63,705 bases of DNA, filler included, from Octopus bimaculoides (GCF_001194135.2; 5 parts of 3 records of this genome joined end to end with filler, not necessarily neighbours in it), one strand, 5' to 3'. Counted from the whole stretch's first letter, positions 1 through 13,671 are shown. Notes: generated from the sequence alone by a model not told the origin. Made by a program: numbers and translations.

Positions 1-16
1 TATATATATACATATA

Positions 17-53
<37 letters not shown>
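1..53. repeat. (TA)n microsatellite
   Basis: Direct reading of the dinucleotide run at the window start. Confidence 0.95.
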
Positions 54-58
<5 letters not shown>

Positions 59-2977
59 CTTACTGTAAAGTTATGCGTTGTTTCATCTAGGGAGCGGTAG
101 TCAGAAGATATTCAAAACTCTGAAATACAAGTAACACGCTCTGCCATGAAACTCAGTTAAGTCTTTTTCGTTCATAGAGAAGTTTACCTTTATGAATAAG
201 TAAACCTATATCACACACGCGCGCGCACACTCACACAAACACACATGCACACACGCGCACACACAAGCAGACAAACAAAACGCAAACAAACAAACACACA
301 AACATTTGTATTCTTCAAATAATAATTATTATTAATATACTGTTACATATGTGTGTGTGTATGCGTGTGTTAATATCAGTGGCTTTCACATGATTTTAAT
401 GTCTTCTCTCACAATATCATTTGGCAAAGATTGATCATTTTCAAATAAATGCAAACGATCCTAGTCCTTTAACAGCCATTTCATCTATTGGATGTTTACC
501 TTCTCAGTTCAAATTCCAAAGAGGTCGATTCCAAGAAATTCTACAAAATAAATACCAGCAAAATACTAAAATCGATGTTATCACCGAGTCCCTGTCTCGC
601 AAAATTTCAGTCCGTGAATGTTGGACAAATTGCTTAGTGATATTTTCCCTCCGTTTCCTTACGTTCTGAGTACTCGTAATTGCTTTTCTTTTAATTAGTT
701 TGTTTTGAGTTTGTGTTCCTGATTGGGTATCAGATGTTTATGTAATATGGACTGGTGGTTGTGTGAGTATATTGTGGTTTTGGAGAACGCCCACGAGTTC
801 TTTAAATATACAGACTTTAATCTTATGATGACTCTTTTCTATCTATATTTTCTTTCCGTCACAGAACTCTTTAATTTGCTATGTTGACTGCACTATGTCA
901 CTCGGCAATATCGCTGATTCAGAGTGTGCTTGAGCTGCATTTGGAGATGAATCTGTTAATATGTGCCCAGTCGTGCTTGTACTTTGCTGAAATAGATTTG
1001 AGAGCATTTTAGACGATCTTCTATTGAGGGATGCTTGGTAACCGAGTCTCTTATTAATTTAGAGATGCCTCTAACTATTGTTGCTGCTGTTGTGTTGTTG
1101 GAGCTGTTGCTGTAGTAGGTTTTGCTGTAGTTTTTGTTAGCACTGTTTCTGTAGTATTTGACTAATTTCTTGTTGCTGCACATGCTGTTATCACATATTT
1201 TGCATCTTCCTCGACTGTTGCAGTTGTGGGGCTTTGGTGTTGGTTTTATAATAACTAATGTTTATTTTGAGTGGGACCTGTAGGAATGCAGCTCTGCTGT
1301 AATTCATCCGTTTTCGTTGTGGTTAGAAACCTTCAAATGGATCTTTACACTGCGTAGATGACTTCTAAACTTTGTATCGTCCACTAATAAGGACAACTAC
1401 GCATCTTTTGAGAGTATAAAACGTCAGATATTTTCTTAATGATTCCAGATTCTGTTTGTATGATCACACCTTTAGCAGTACCTGGCCTGCAGCTCTTCCA
1501 GTGTGACTTTCCTACATATAGTATGTTTGTTTCACTTTCATCAGCTATTAGTGCAACTGTCAGCCAGAAGATGTTTACTTCTAGCGGAACATCTTTCCCC
1601 GTCAAAAGACTTTTCCACATGTAGGAATGAATTTGCCATAAACCTCTCCTTCTTTAAACCTATAATTATGTGTGTTTGTGCTTTAGAAAAATCTCACTCC
1701 TATTATTCTAAATTGCTCACCACGAGGAGCTACAGTCTTTTGATTCTTTATATATCTCGTGCGAACTGCGAAATAACAACAATAGTTGCAAACTTTATTA
1801 TTTTGATTCACGCAGTTCACCATGCATATAACAGTCTATTATTTATAGGCAGATGTCAACATGGACCAGCGAACAGTGTGCTCGCTGAAGAGATAAACAT
1901 ATGCATCAGCTCTTTTTAAATTCATTGGTCAGGAAATACTTCTTGCTGACGAGATACAATGATGTAGAAAAACACCAGTTGTCCCAGAATCCTTTGTACG
2001 AATGAATAGAGTATGTTATGAACACACATTCTTCATGAGCATGAAGTTGTTCTCCCGTGGTAGAGAAGAGTGATTAGCAAATTCCTGTTCAAATCTGCTG
2101 GAACGTATTAAGAATATATATGCAAGACACTGAATATATTTACTAAACCACCAAAATTTCTCAATAACTGAGTTTTCAAATTTTCATTAATTGCAACAGT
2201 TCAATGGTGAACGCAAGTAAAATAAATCTGGTATACAAATAGATTGATTGCGATATAAATAGTCTTTAAGAAAAATACATATATTCATTGTAACAGATTA
2301 ACAGACTTCCATAGAATAAAAATAAACGAATGGTGTTATATTTATTTTTAGATGTTTCCCTTCAATTATTTCTCCATTTCTTTCCATAGAATTATTCAAT
2401 GCAATTTCTATCAAACCAATGATATTTTATTTTAAATAGTTTTTGTACTTCTTTGTATTTTATTTTACCATTGACGATATATCTTTTACATCTTATATTT
2501 TAAATTATATTTTGATTTTATTTAGTTACGCATTATTTTTCATGTGCAACTTCTTATACTGTGACTTTTTATGTACTGTGATTAACGAGCTTAAATACAA
2601 ATTAAAGAGAATCCAAGTTGTCGAAAAACAATACAGTGAAGTCTAGTTGGCACCAGAAAATACGTATTATCACATTAGAGTGCGGCACAAGAATTATTAA
2701 CATATAAAACATCTATATCCTTTGTCACTTGTTTGCAATAGTGAAATAAGCAACAGCTAAAGTGTAACAGTTTTATGTCTAAATAGCAAAATATATAGAT
2801 AAGAATAAAATGAAGGAGAGCAAAATGATACCCCATAGACATATGTATGGATACAAAGAGAGAAATATGCAAAGTGTAGATGTAGTAAAGTTTAACTCTT
2901 ACTAAAAGCTCATTTAAGATTCAGGATCACTTTCTCTCTCGTTCTCTCTCTCACTTCTCTCTCTCCTCCCTCTCTCA

Positions 2978-3013
<36 letters not shown>

Positions 3014-6000
3014 ACATACACACAAATACATACATGTGTGTTTGTGTGTGTGTGTGTATCTGTGCGTATATACATAATTTATATATGCGTGTTTGTGTAT
3101 GTATAAGATGTGTATTACAGTTAAATACATTCTTGTTTGTCTAACCTTAGTGCTTATATGTATATGTTTCTGTGTATGCATGATATAGGTTAACAACAAC
3201 GCACAGTAAAATCCAGGAAGGTGATCATCCAAGTAGAGTAACAGAGGTAGTCATCTTTCGGACTCCCTCTCTCTTCGACTTACATCTTGGACTACTGCCA
3301 CTTCTCAAGGACTACCTTACCATAAAATTCTACTCGGATTACCCCTGGAACTCCAATAATATATTAGGCCGACGTTCAGGAGGAAGTCATTAGCATTTCG
3401 AGCGTATGCTCTTTATGGAAAGTTTACATGAGGAAAGAGAAAAATAAAGAGAAAATAGCAAGCCATATATTAATTCAACTGTGTTAGTATTTATTCATTT
3501 CACTGGTTCACAACAAATTAGGAATTGCTTTGGGATATGATGAAAATTTTTGGAAATAATTGAACTGGTCGAATGCATGTTAAACGTTACCATATAAAAT
3601 AAAATTGGCTAATATTCCCATTAAAGTAAGTTTTCTGTATATATCGATGTTGCTGACAGACCTCTCTTTCCTCAGATGTGCAGGAAACGATAGCGTTCTC
3701 TGAAGCACCCATCCATAATGCGACCGGAAAAGACAATATTATTGCAACCAGCGAGTATATATACTACAGATAAAAGACCTGACTTACCAATGAAAAAATC
3801 CCTCTAATATGGAAAGATTTTATATCAAGGAAAATAAGGAAGAATAACACGACATATTTAAAGAATACATGTAAAGCATACACGTATTTCTCTTATGTTA
3901 TTGACAGTTACTTATATTTTGACTGGCTTATGAACAAGCAGTGAAATAATTTGTATTGTAGACATATTGTACAGTTTTCAGGCAGCTCTTCATATCAGGA
4001 TACTTGTTCATAACTATTTTTGGAATATAATCGAAAAACGAAATTGAGTGCAAAACGAAAGAACTTAGACACCGAGCACCCATATTTTCAAGATATTTGT
4101 ACACTAGGTTATTTCTTCTTCGGGAACAGTAGGAAATTAAAATTTCTGAAGAGGTATGAAGGAGCTGTTAAGTATCGGACATTTTTTTGACATTATCGTT
4201 CAAGAATTAAGAAAATAATTTTCACCCGATTTTCGCTAAGCATGTGAGTTCAAGCTGCTTATTATTGTACATTATCTGGAGTAAATGATATTTCATCAGC
4301 CGATTAAGAACTAGTTCCAGTGCTTCACTTATATATACATCCAAGTGGGGAACATTCCAAATTTATCATCCATGTATAAAAGATGTCATCATTGTTTGAC
4401 AGAAAGCAGTTGTGTGAAGATATATTTTCAAAAATACAGCGCACCAAATACTATTAGAGAACAAAATTAACTGATCCCATTTGGATCATGTTTCGTCATT
4501 GACCTCAGTCTACTTGACAACCAGTATTGAGATTCTTGCAAGCAATAAATAACAATTTTGACATTGATTCATCGACTGAGGCATTGAAATTAAATATACT
4601 TTTTATTATACATAATTTACCCCTATTCAACTCTCTATGTTCATTCTTTTTATGTTTTAAATAATGTTTATGTCTTTTTGATAGATTCTAAAGATGTGCT
4701 ATTCAAAATAAATTGTGAAATAATTGAATTTATTGATTAATAATCTGCAAACTAAAATGATCTTCTAGCACGCGTCCTTTACTGATTTGATAAAAAGAAT
4801 TCTAACTCGGTGTATTTAAGTAGATAATTCTCATATTTCAAATATGTTGTGGCATTTATTTGGCGCCGTCTATTCATTAATAACTTATCTACACACAAAT
4901 GCAAACAGACTGACGTCCTCTGAAATATGTGATCATCCAACCTGCCCGAAATAGTAGGCAAATCTCTCTAAAGTCAAACGCAATAATGTAGAAACAGATA
5001 CTCTAATTGAAAAAATAACATGAAACGATGATACCTAGAACAATTGATCTTCTTTATCAAGTTTCACGTGAAGATAAACGACATGCACTCTCTAATTTAG
5101 TGATAAGCTATTGCAAACTATACCTCAATTTCCTATGTCAAATAAATATTAGTTATAGATTATGACAGATTCAAGAATTATGAATTGTTGCTGTTGTAAG
5201 AAAGTATTAAGAGCTCTACACCAATATGCTTATATATAAATGAAACCTAATGACTGGTTAGGTTTAACTGAAGGTTATTTACAGTATATGTAATATGATT
5301 CAGTCATTCATTTTGTGAGAGTAGTTCAGGTCAGAACCGATAGAGCATTGCTATCAGCTAAGTTATTTCATCAGTTTAAGGTTATCTAGAACCACATTAT
5401 CTAATGTTTTAATGTTTCTGCCCCATTTTTAAGACGGTCGCCACGTCAGGAGGATTTAGCAACCATTTCTAACAGATCAAGCCACCATGCAGATGCCTCA
5501 CGTTTGCTCTTTTTTCATAGCTACACAGAGAAGGCCGGTAAATATATCTTTGAATCAGAACTGCTTTAGGGTAATTATTTTAAGCTTTCAGTGTCCTTAA
5601 TTTTTCACAATGTTTCCAGATATTTACTGCCAACAAATTAAATCTAGATGAAAATTATCCTAACTTAAAAAAACTTATGACGTGAAAAAAAATTGGTTTC
5701 GTTAAATTTCTCCTCAACCAAAAACGTATCTTGGTTTTAGTTCCTTTAAATGAATGGAATGAATATTCTCACTGCCCAAGAAAGTTGTCTTCGTATTACA
5801 GAAATAGAACTTAAGACTGTTGGTATAGAACATAACGATAAATTATGCCACTTTGTGTTACAGTCAAGTCATTTAAAGCTAACATTGGTCGGTAAAGAAC
5901 ACATTGCATTTCAGGTAACACGTTACGTTAATACTGACCTTTCGTTTGTTATCTGGTACTTGAGCTATTCGGTCACATGTATTCTACAAATTCTCTGTTA

Positions 6001-6506
6001 TAGGTTCAGATTTTTAAACCGACAATGAAGCCGACTTTCCTTTCATTCATCCATCCATTGTATGATGGATCTATAAAAAGATATTTCTAATATTGTGAGA
6101 TGTATTTAGTTGAAAAAATACACTAATTCATGCAAGAATTGTTCTGGTGCAAAATAAAAAGGAATAGTATTTTAGGTTACTCACAATAGTTTCATTTTCA
6201 ACATACCTTTATTTTTTATCTTACATCTGTCTATTTTTTTTTATCTGTAAATAAAGAGAATAAATATTGACAGAGATATCCGAAAGCCGACATTATTCGC
6301 ACCTTTTACGTAATCTATTGATTATTTTCAGGTTGAATAAAAAGTAAGCAACGTTTTGAACCATGAAGAATTTCTAGAGGATTTTTGCAGGGTTTTCAAT
6401 TTTTAAAACATTTTTTGCAATTGTCTGATAGTACAGACATAAACTTGCTTAAATGCATTAATAAATTAACATTGATATTTTTTCAACGTTGTTACAATCA
6501 TCTGAA

Positions 6507-7572
6507 TTTTTTTGAGATTGATAACGTTTTGGTGATCTATTGGTGAGTTTGATTTATTGTTGCCTGTTGCAGGATTTATTGTTGTTGGAAAGTTCGCTAA
6601 GCGGTTTGGGATACTGTTATTATAATATTGTTTTTGTTACCCTCCCCCATGGGAGAAGGAATTGTATAAACTGTTAATTGTGTTACCTCGTTGTAGAGGA
6701 TCATTTACCTCGTGGATAATTTTGTATCATTATGGTAACAACTGCAGAAGCAGTTACCATGAATTACGCTGCCGCTGTTGGGCAACAACGGGAAATAATT
6801 TCGTTTAAAAAAGCAGAAATACAACTGTTGTTTGGGAAAATAACTGAAAGCAAAGAGGAGCCCGGCAAGGAGGCACAAATGGTGGAAGAGAAAACAGAAG
6901 AATGGAAGACGGTAAGCCGAAAAAAGAGAACTCAAGGTATTGATGTTAACTCCCATTCTACCCCGACCGACCCCCACACAAATCCACTCTGTACCACCCT
7001 ACCCCTGCAGACACCAACTCTCACCCTACCTCACCACACATTGATACTATAGCTAAAAACACACAGGGGCCCTAAATTTCCCAACCCCCACCCTGTGAAA
7101 AAAGTTGCATTGTTTTTTACAATGCGTCACTCGACGAGTTGTGCGAGGAAATAAACAATCTGGACGAGTCGATAAAAGTCGATATAGAAGGATGTGAGGG
7201 AGTGCACTCGCAAGTTAAATGTATATTAATGGGCAGAAAGAACTCGCTAAGGTTAAGTGAAGATTATGCGAGAAATGTCATTATCTCACAAAAGGAAATT
7301 GATACAAGGAGAATGCAATCAACGGTAAGCTATCATGAACTTTTAAAAGAATTTAATATGGATATATTAAGTGATTATTAAGTGGTTAATTGTTTTTAAA
7401 AACTTTCAATGAGGTCACTTGGATTGTGGGATCCGAGTGTCCTCCATTTCATCCATTCATTTTTTTATACCATCCTTCACATTCGTTTCATCACCGCCCC
7501 CAATTTTGTGTTTATGTCCGTCTTTGTACTGTCCTTCTATGTTTAGCCCCCTGTGGGCAATAAAGAAATCGA
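6507..7572 (+). mobile_element. Non-LTR retroelement-derived insertion (internally deleted LINE-like) flanked by a 14-bp TSD
   Basis: TACAATCATCTGAA occurs at 6493-6506 and 7573-7586. Inside are a UTR-like leader, an ORF1-like start (6732, ...EEWKTVSRKKR...), a second coding stub (7139-7381) and a 3' end reading GGGCAATAAAGAAATCGA. Confidence 0.7.
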
Positions 7573-7586
7573 TACAATCATCTGAA

Positions 7587-8545
7587 ATAGAACTGCCAAA
7601 GCACGATATTCGAGCAATTTTGCTATTCAACTTCAAAAACGGACGTAAAGCGGGTGAAACTGCCCGCAATATCAACGAAACTTTTGATGAGGAAATGACC
7701 AGTGAGTGGTCAGCTCGAAAATGGTTTAAAAGATTTCACAGTGGAGACCATCATTGAGAAAGATCTACGTAAAACAACTCAAGGACTGGCAAAAGAGCTT
7801 CAAGTTAGCCAAAAAAATGCCTGCAACCATTTGCATGTGATCGGAAAGTCAAAAAGCTCGACAAATGGGCGCCACGTGATTTGAATGAAAATCAGAAAAT
7901 GCGCTGATATGAAATTTGCTCCTCGCTTCTTCTCCATAACCAGACCGATCTATTTCTCGAGTGTATTACAACTTGCGATGAAAAGTGGATTTTGTACAAT
8001 AATAATAAACGTCCTTCGCAGTGGTTGGACTAAATGAAGCACCGAAAATCTTTCCTAAACCCGAGCTCTTCAAAAAGATTATGGTGACTCTTTGATGGTG
8101 TACTGCTGGATTCATCCACTATAACTTCTTAAAACCCGGAAAAACCATTAATGCAGCAACATATTACCATGAAATTGCCTAAATGAAAGAAAAACTGCTT
8201 CGCCTCCGTCTGAGACTGGTCAACAGAAGAAGGCTAATCATTCTTCATGACTATTTTCAACCACATGTTTCACTAATGATGCTCCAGAAGTCGAGAAAAC
8301 TTGGCTACGAAGCTCTTCCCGACCCAACTTTTTCCCTAGAACTTTCTCCTACCGAGTGCCATTTTTTCAAGCACATTGATAGTTTCCTGCGAGAGAAGGA
8401 TTTCAAAAACCAAACCGATACTGAAGGTCCGTTCAAAGAGTTCATCAGCTCAAGAACTCCAGATTTTTATGTTACTGGAATAAACGAACTTGTAACTCGT
8501 TGGCAAAAATGTGTTGACTGTAATGGTACTTACTTTGATGAATAA
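7587..8545 (+). pseudogene. Mariner (D,D34D-type) transposase pseudogene
   Basis: The start is ATA where copy 2 has ATG. Motifs: HDIRAILLFNFKNGRKAGETARNIN (HTH), TCDEKWILY, ILHD, SLELSPTECHFF, RWQKCVDCNGTYFDE*. Multiple stops and frameshifts. Confidence 0.9.
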
Positions 8546-10529
8546 AATTTCCGCATTGTTGTAATATATTGTGATGAGTTTCATGTTTCAAAATGTTCCT
8601 TACTTTTTATTCAGCCTGATATATGTATCATCCCCGGGTAATATTATTCATCTCCCCAACATAGAGGTGACCTAAGGTAAAGTACAATAAATTTTTGTGT
8701 TCAGAAACACAATAAATTAGCATGAGTCAACTTGAACAAAGGATGTAATATCAAATAGGTTTCTCTTATGTCTGCCACTACCGTAATCGATAAGATAAAT
8801 AACAGATTGCTCTGAATTATTTACTTTTCTTCCATGTTCAAAGTAAAATAGTCAACTGAGAGAGTTAAACATGAGTAGCTAGGTTTTGTTTTCAATTCCT
8901 GCAAATAATTTTATTTTTCTTAAAATATTCTTAGCAGTACTGAGAAAGTAGAGTACTTACTTCTTCGTATCAAATTTTAGCTTCATCTCTTGCGACTCTG
9001 ATTTCAAACCATTCACTCACCACTAAAGCAAACTATACATTTAATCCCTCTGCGAGATATTCTCAGCTCAGACATTTTACAGCCCCAGTTCATTTCTCTG
9101 CCGTTAATCCCTACCCCACAAAAATGAGACATTTGTCTTGTGTAGAAAATGTGAATGTATCGTAGTTAAATTTTCTTATAGGCGGATGTCAACTAATCAC
9201 TAGTCATTTTTAACAATGTCACTAACTGTACACATCAGGAAATTTTACATTACTATTGTAATGATTTAGAACCAGATATATTAGGCACTTGCGAATTAGG
9301 TTTAACGTTTACTGACGGAGATTACTATCAGTGTTGTCGTTCCCTAATTTGTCGACTACGAAAACATCCAGCAATGGTAGATGTTTGTCCTTGACTAATT
9401 AGTTTCTTACAAAGACATCTAAAGAAAACTACAAGGGCAACAAAGAAACTTCATTCAGCAACGTTAAAGCACTGGCCCACCATTCTATTCAACAAGGATA
9501 TACCTGTTCACTATTACATGTATCCTCCTAATAATTAATATACTGCTAAAATCGTTAAATTCATTTCCAACATCTCGTCTTACGATAACTGATGATCTAT
9601 CATGAAGATCGAACATTTTCATCATTGACAAAATTGTATCCCAGAGCCTAGACTACCTCACCAAGACGCGGAAATATTTGAACTGTGAATACTTTCTGAA
9701 CACATCAGAAATCCAAATGTGCAGTTTATATCTTACAATATTGCTTACATATCTACACATTGCGACACGCACGCACGCACGCACGCACGCACACACACTC
9801 ACACACACACATGCACAACTTCGTGTATATGGAACAATTCCGTTTTATTGGTAGATGATGATTCAGTGCCAAACTAACTCACTCTATCTTTGCAACCACT
9901 GTTTGTCTTTTCTACACCGTTTTTCACCCGTTCGCGTTTATCCGAACTCGGAAATGTGTGTTAAATACACCTCCTTAATGTTCTTCCGTGTTTCCTTCTC
10001 TCGTTACAGCTATTGTGTCTCAGGCAAATCCTAACAGCATACAATTCTCCCAAGTAAAGCCGTATTCCTGTGAGTTGTGCAGAACTGCGACTTTGCAACT
10101 ATTCTGTGCGTATGGTTTTTCCCTACAGACGTCAACCTTCAGATGTTCAAGATGAACCGTATCAATAGCATTAACCGCATATATGCCTGTAGTCTGGGGG
10201 GACCTGTAAAGTTTATGGTTACTGCTCCTCCTACTCAGACTTAGTTCCAAAAACAGTAACAGAGAAGAGTGAAAAAAAAAGTCTACCAGCAGCATAGTGG
10301 GGATTGATTCAGCGAACAATATTCCCGCCCCTATATAAACTGGCTTTGTGCTTAGTCAAAACGAACGCATAATTTGTTTCTGCTTTTCTTCGTTTTATTT
10401 CATTTCGGAGTTTATATTTGTTTGTTATTATATTTATTTGTTTTATAACTAAACTTTGTGCCAAAATAACATCATCATATCTTACTTTATATCCTTTGTC
10501 TGGACATTCACTGTAAATAGCTGTAAGAG

Positions 10530-11007
10530 AATACTGCACAGCTCACAGGGGTACGGCCTTACCTCAAAACATATGGATAATAGAAGAAATAAGAGAAAGA
10601 AGAAGGAGGGAAAAAGGAAGGTGAGATGATGAGGATGTAAAAAAGACGACGAATGAAAATGGGATAAAAAAAAAAAAGAGCAACAGGATGGAAGCATAAA
10701 TAACAATAGAAAATGAATAACAACATTTTTTAAATAGTTATAAAAAGAACAACAGAAATAACATGAAAATCAAGAAGAAACAATAGAAAATACACTACAA
10801 AAGCTGTAGTAGCAAATAAACATTTGAAAGCAGGAGAAAGAAAGAACGAAACAAAGAATCAGCGAAAGAACGAGGTAGAAGATTATGATCGGGTAAGGAA
10901 AACAGAAAATAGAGGGAACTACTGAAAAATTTCCCATCCCACAAACATAAAACGAAGCAAAGAACTATTTCAGCAGCAGCACACGCAGCAACAGTTGTAG
11001 TAGTTGC

Positions 11008-11048
<41 letters not shown>

Positions 11049-11500
11049 TAGTAGAAAGAAGACAATGATGATGATGGTGGTGGTGGTGGTGGTGATGATG
11101 ATGAGGAGGAGGAGAAAAAGAAAAAGAACAATAACAAGAAGGAGAAGGAGGAGAAGAAGAAAAAATAAAGAATGGTTTAGGTAACGCTAGATAAATGAAA
11201 ATAAAATAAGTAGGAAGGAAAGACAGACAGACAGGAAGAAAGTAAGAAGGAAAGAAAGAAACAGAGAAAGGAAGAAAGTAATGAAGAAAAGAAAAGGGAA
11301 GAAAGAAACAGTAGAGAGAATAAACACGCGTGCGCGCACAAGCACACTCACACACATACAGAAGAGCGACAAGCAGACAGAATGAAACAAAGAATGAGTG
11401 GAGGGAGAAAATACACAAAGAAGGAAAGAAACGAAGTCACAAAAAAAGAAAAAAAAGGACGACAAGAAAGAATGAAAGAAAAGGAAGGTTATCCAACGCT
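10530..11500. repeat. Purine-rich low-complexity tract with (GTA)n, (TGG/TGA)n, (GAA/GAAA)n
   Basis: Direct reading. It explains the spurious poly-T/poly-H ORF 10795-11418. Confidence 0.85.
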
Positions 11501-11639
11501 TCAAGAGAGTTCTGAAGTGGTTCATACGTGTTAGCATTTTACAATTATTTTTCATCCGATTCATCTTCTGCCAACTTGTTATACGACTATCTATAGACGC
11601 CTCTACGTTAGCTCAGTTACCTATAATTGAACGTCTGTC

Positions 11640-11768
11640 TGTCTTTATGTATGCATGTATGTATGTATGCATGTATGTATGTATGTATGTATGTATGTAT
11701 GTAGGTAGGTAGGTAGGTAGGTAGGTAGGTAGGTAGGTATGTATTCATGTGTGCATGTATGTATTTAT

Positions 11769-11828
<60 letters not shown>
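11640..11828. repeat. Compound microsatellite (TATG)n(TAGG)n(CA)n(TA)n
   Basis: Direct reading. Confidence 0.9.
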
Positions 11829-11834
<6 letters not shown>

Positions 11835-12004
11835 TTAAACAGTTTGATCCGGTTCAATGCGACTTGAGGTTTCACGGGCTTATGACTTAGGTTTGGTAAT
11901 CTAAGCCTGAATGAGAAAGTTACTCTTAGTTGGAGAAAACAGTTTGAAATATTAATACGTGTAACTCCTACAGCAGAATGCCCCTTTTTAACGTTTGTCA
12001 CTTA

Positions 12005-12025
12005 GTAATAGTAGTAGTAGTAGCA

Positions 12026-12110
<85 letters not shown>
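12005..12110. repeat. Compound microsatellite (GTA)n(TG)n(GA)n
   Basis: Direct reading. Confidence 0.9.
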
Positions 12111-12114
<4 letters not shown>

Positions 12115-12169
12115 TGGCTATGCAAACAAGAAATATAGAACCTGAAATATGAGTGTGCTTTTGTATACA

Positions 12170-12660
12170 TATGTAAGACTCATTGAATGATATATCACAA
12201 AATACGAGACCTTCACATAACTGGTAAAATGAGAGAGTGCCTGTATAACTTCCTTAAAGACAGAAGTCAGGCCGTTGCAGTCAATAGTGGCATCTGCGAT
12301 GGCACTATTGACTGCAAATTCTAAGTAGCGTCCCTCCTGGTCTTGTGACAATTGCTATTATATTAGCTCTTTTATGCTCACTCAGATATCCACTGTCACT
12401 AGCTACGCCGATGATACAAAATTATCACACTGATCCAGATGGATCTGGATGCTATATACAAGTGGGCTGACATGAAAGGCATGCAGGTTAACGCTAGAAA
12501 ATTTCAAGCACTGCGCTATCAGCTCGCAAATGAACCGCAACTTGCATATAGAGGACCTGAACGCACTGCAATCCCAGAGTCATAGGCAGTGAGAGACTTG
12601 GGGATCAGTATGTATAATAATTAGCAAGATGACATCAAAGGGCAGACAACTAATAAGATA
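12170..12660 (+). mobile_element. CR1-group LINE reverse transcriptase fragment (decayed)
   Basis: Frameshifted translation: HKIRDLHITGKMRECLYNFLKDRSQAVAVN ... QILSSVPPG (SGVPQG-like) ... TVTSYADDTKL ... QMDLDAIYKWADMKGMQVNARKFQALRY ... AVRDLGI. Confidence 0.85.
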
Positions 12661-13671
12661 GATACTATAACTTAAAAATCAATATTATTAATTAAATATT
12701 AATAAGTCTTTACGTCTTTTACTAGGTTGAAAATAATTTTGTATGAAATGCAGTGGAAAGGTAGCATATTTTAGCACTGCTGATGAGACTCATGTCTCTT
12801 TTGGATAGTTTCTTCGTTGGATTTCGTTTTCCGAAATGAAAATGTTATACCCATAATGATAATAAACAACCCTTCAATTCGTTTTCTCTTTGAAAGTTCT
12901 ATTTTCTGTGATACAAAAGATGCATGTAAGTTCTATTTAATACTCATGTAAAATACTTTCACACAATTATTATACATTTGCTATTGAACGCATGTGATGC
13001 GTTTATTATCAAGCGTACTGTTGCGTGATGTGGGCTCTAAACATTTAATATGGTCGTAAGGGCATCGCTGTAACATAGAGAGTGCTTTGGATATCTTAAT
13101 TTTGTGGATCCTGTCGCTATCTCCGTCGAACCACGGCCGATTTCATCCTTTATTTGGCGATAAGGTACCCCAGTTAGGCTACTATATTTATCGGAAGTTC
13201 ACTAAAAAATGAAAAGCAAAGATAATATCTGCGAGAAGGGATTACATCTTAGTAAGCAGAGCTGTAACGACTGCCTTAAAACTTGACAACGTCTACATTT
13301 GAATGAATCATATCACTTACTTGAGACATGTTTAAAAGCTTCGCCTTTCTTCATTTATGATATGATTCGCTGTTCATATATGCATAATAATATGCATATA
13401 CATACATATTGTTATTTATATGCAGACTTTGTTAAAAAGACTGGGTCTTCTCTGAAATACTTGTAGAACAAATATTTGCGAATTTTATTGCTAATAATCA
13501 TAAAACCCCAGTTTACAGACCATATACAGGTCGGTAGATTTAATTGTTTAATTGCTGTATAATGCAATTTTGCAATCTAAATCAATTAAAACTATTATTG
13601 TTAGTTGCATGACTACTGTTTACGTAGTTGTAATTATTGTTTGTACGTGTTTCCATGTATTTATGAATGCG

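Larger units (their letters stand above)
6328..8619 (+). mobile_element. Mariner-family DNA transposon, copy 1 (decayed, interrupted by an insertion at 6507-7572)
   Basis: The 5' TIR TCAGGTTGAATAAAAAGTAAGCAACGTTTTGAACCATGA (6328) matches the reverse complement of the 3' end ...TCATGTTTCAAAATGTTCCTTACTTTTTATTCAGCCTGA (8619), which is followed by TA. The internal sequence translates to mariner transposase. Confidence 0.9.

Noticed and set aside
9588-9616. CTGATGATCTATCATGAAGATCGAAC
   Set aside because: It has GAAC instead of GAAA and no stem III or stem I pairing.
10052-10090. KPYSCELC, resembling a C2H2 zinc-finger linker
   Set aside because: It is not followed by the F/L/H/H pattern, and it overlaps a good GTGAGT donor.
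10795-11418. 207-aa minus-strand ORF with poly-His/poly-Thr
   Set aside because: It is a translation of trinucleotide microsatellites and low-complexity sequence.
12779-12800. CTGATGA-GAC-TCAT-GTC, a possible hammerhead start
   Set aside because: No GAAA follows the stem, and there is no stem III or cleavage triplet.
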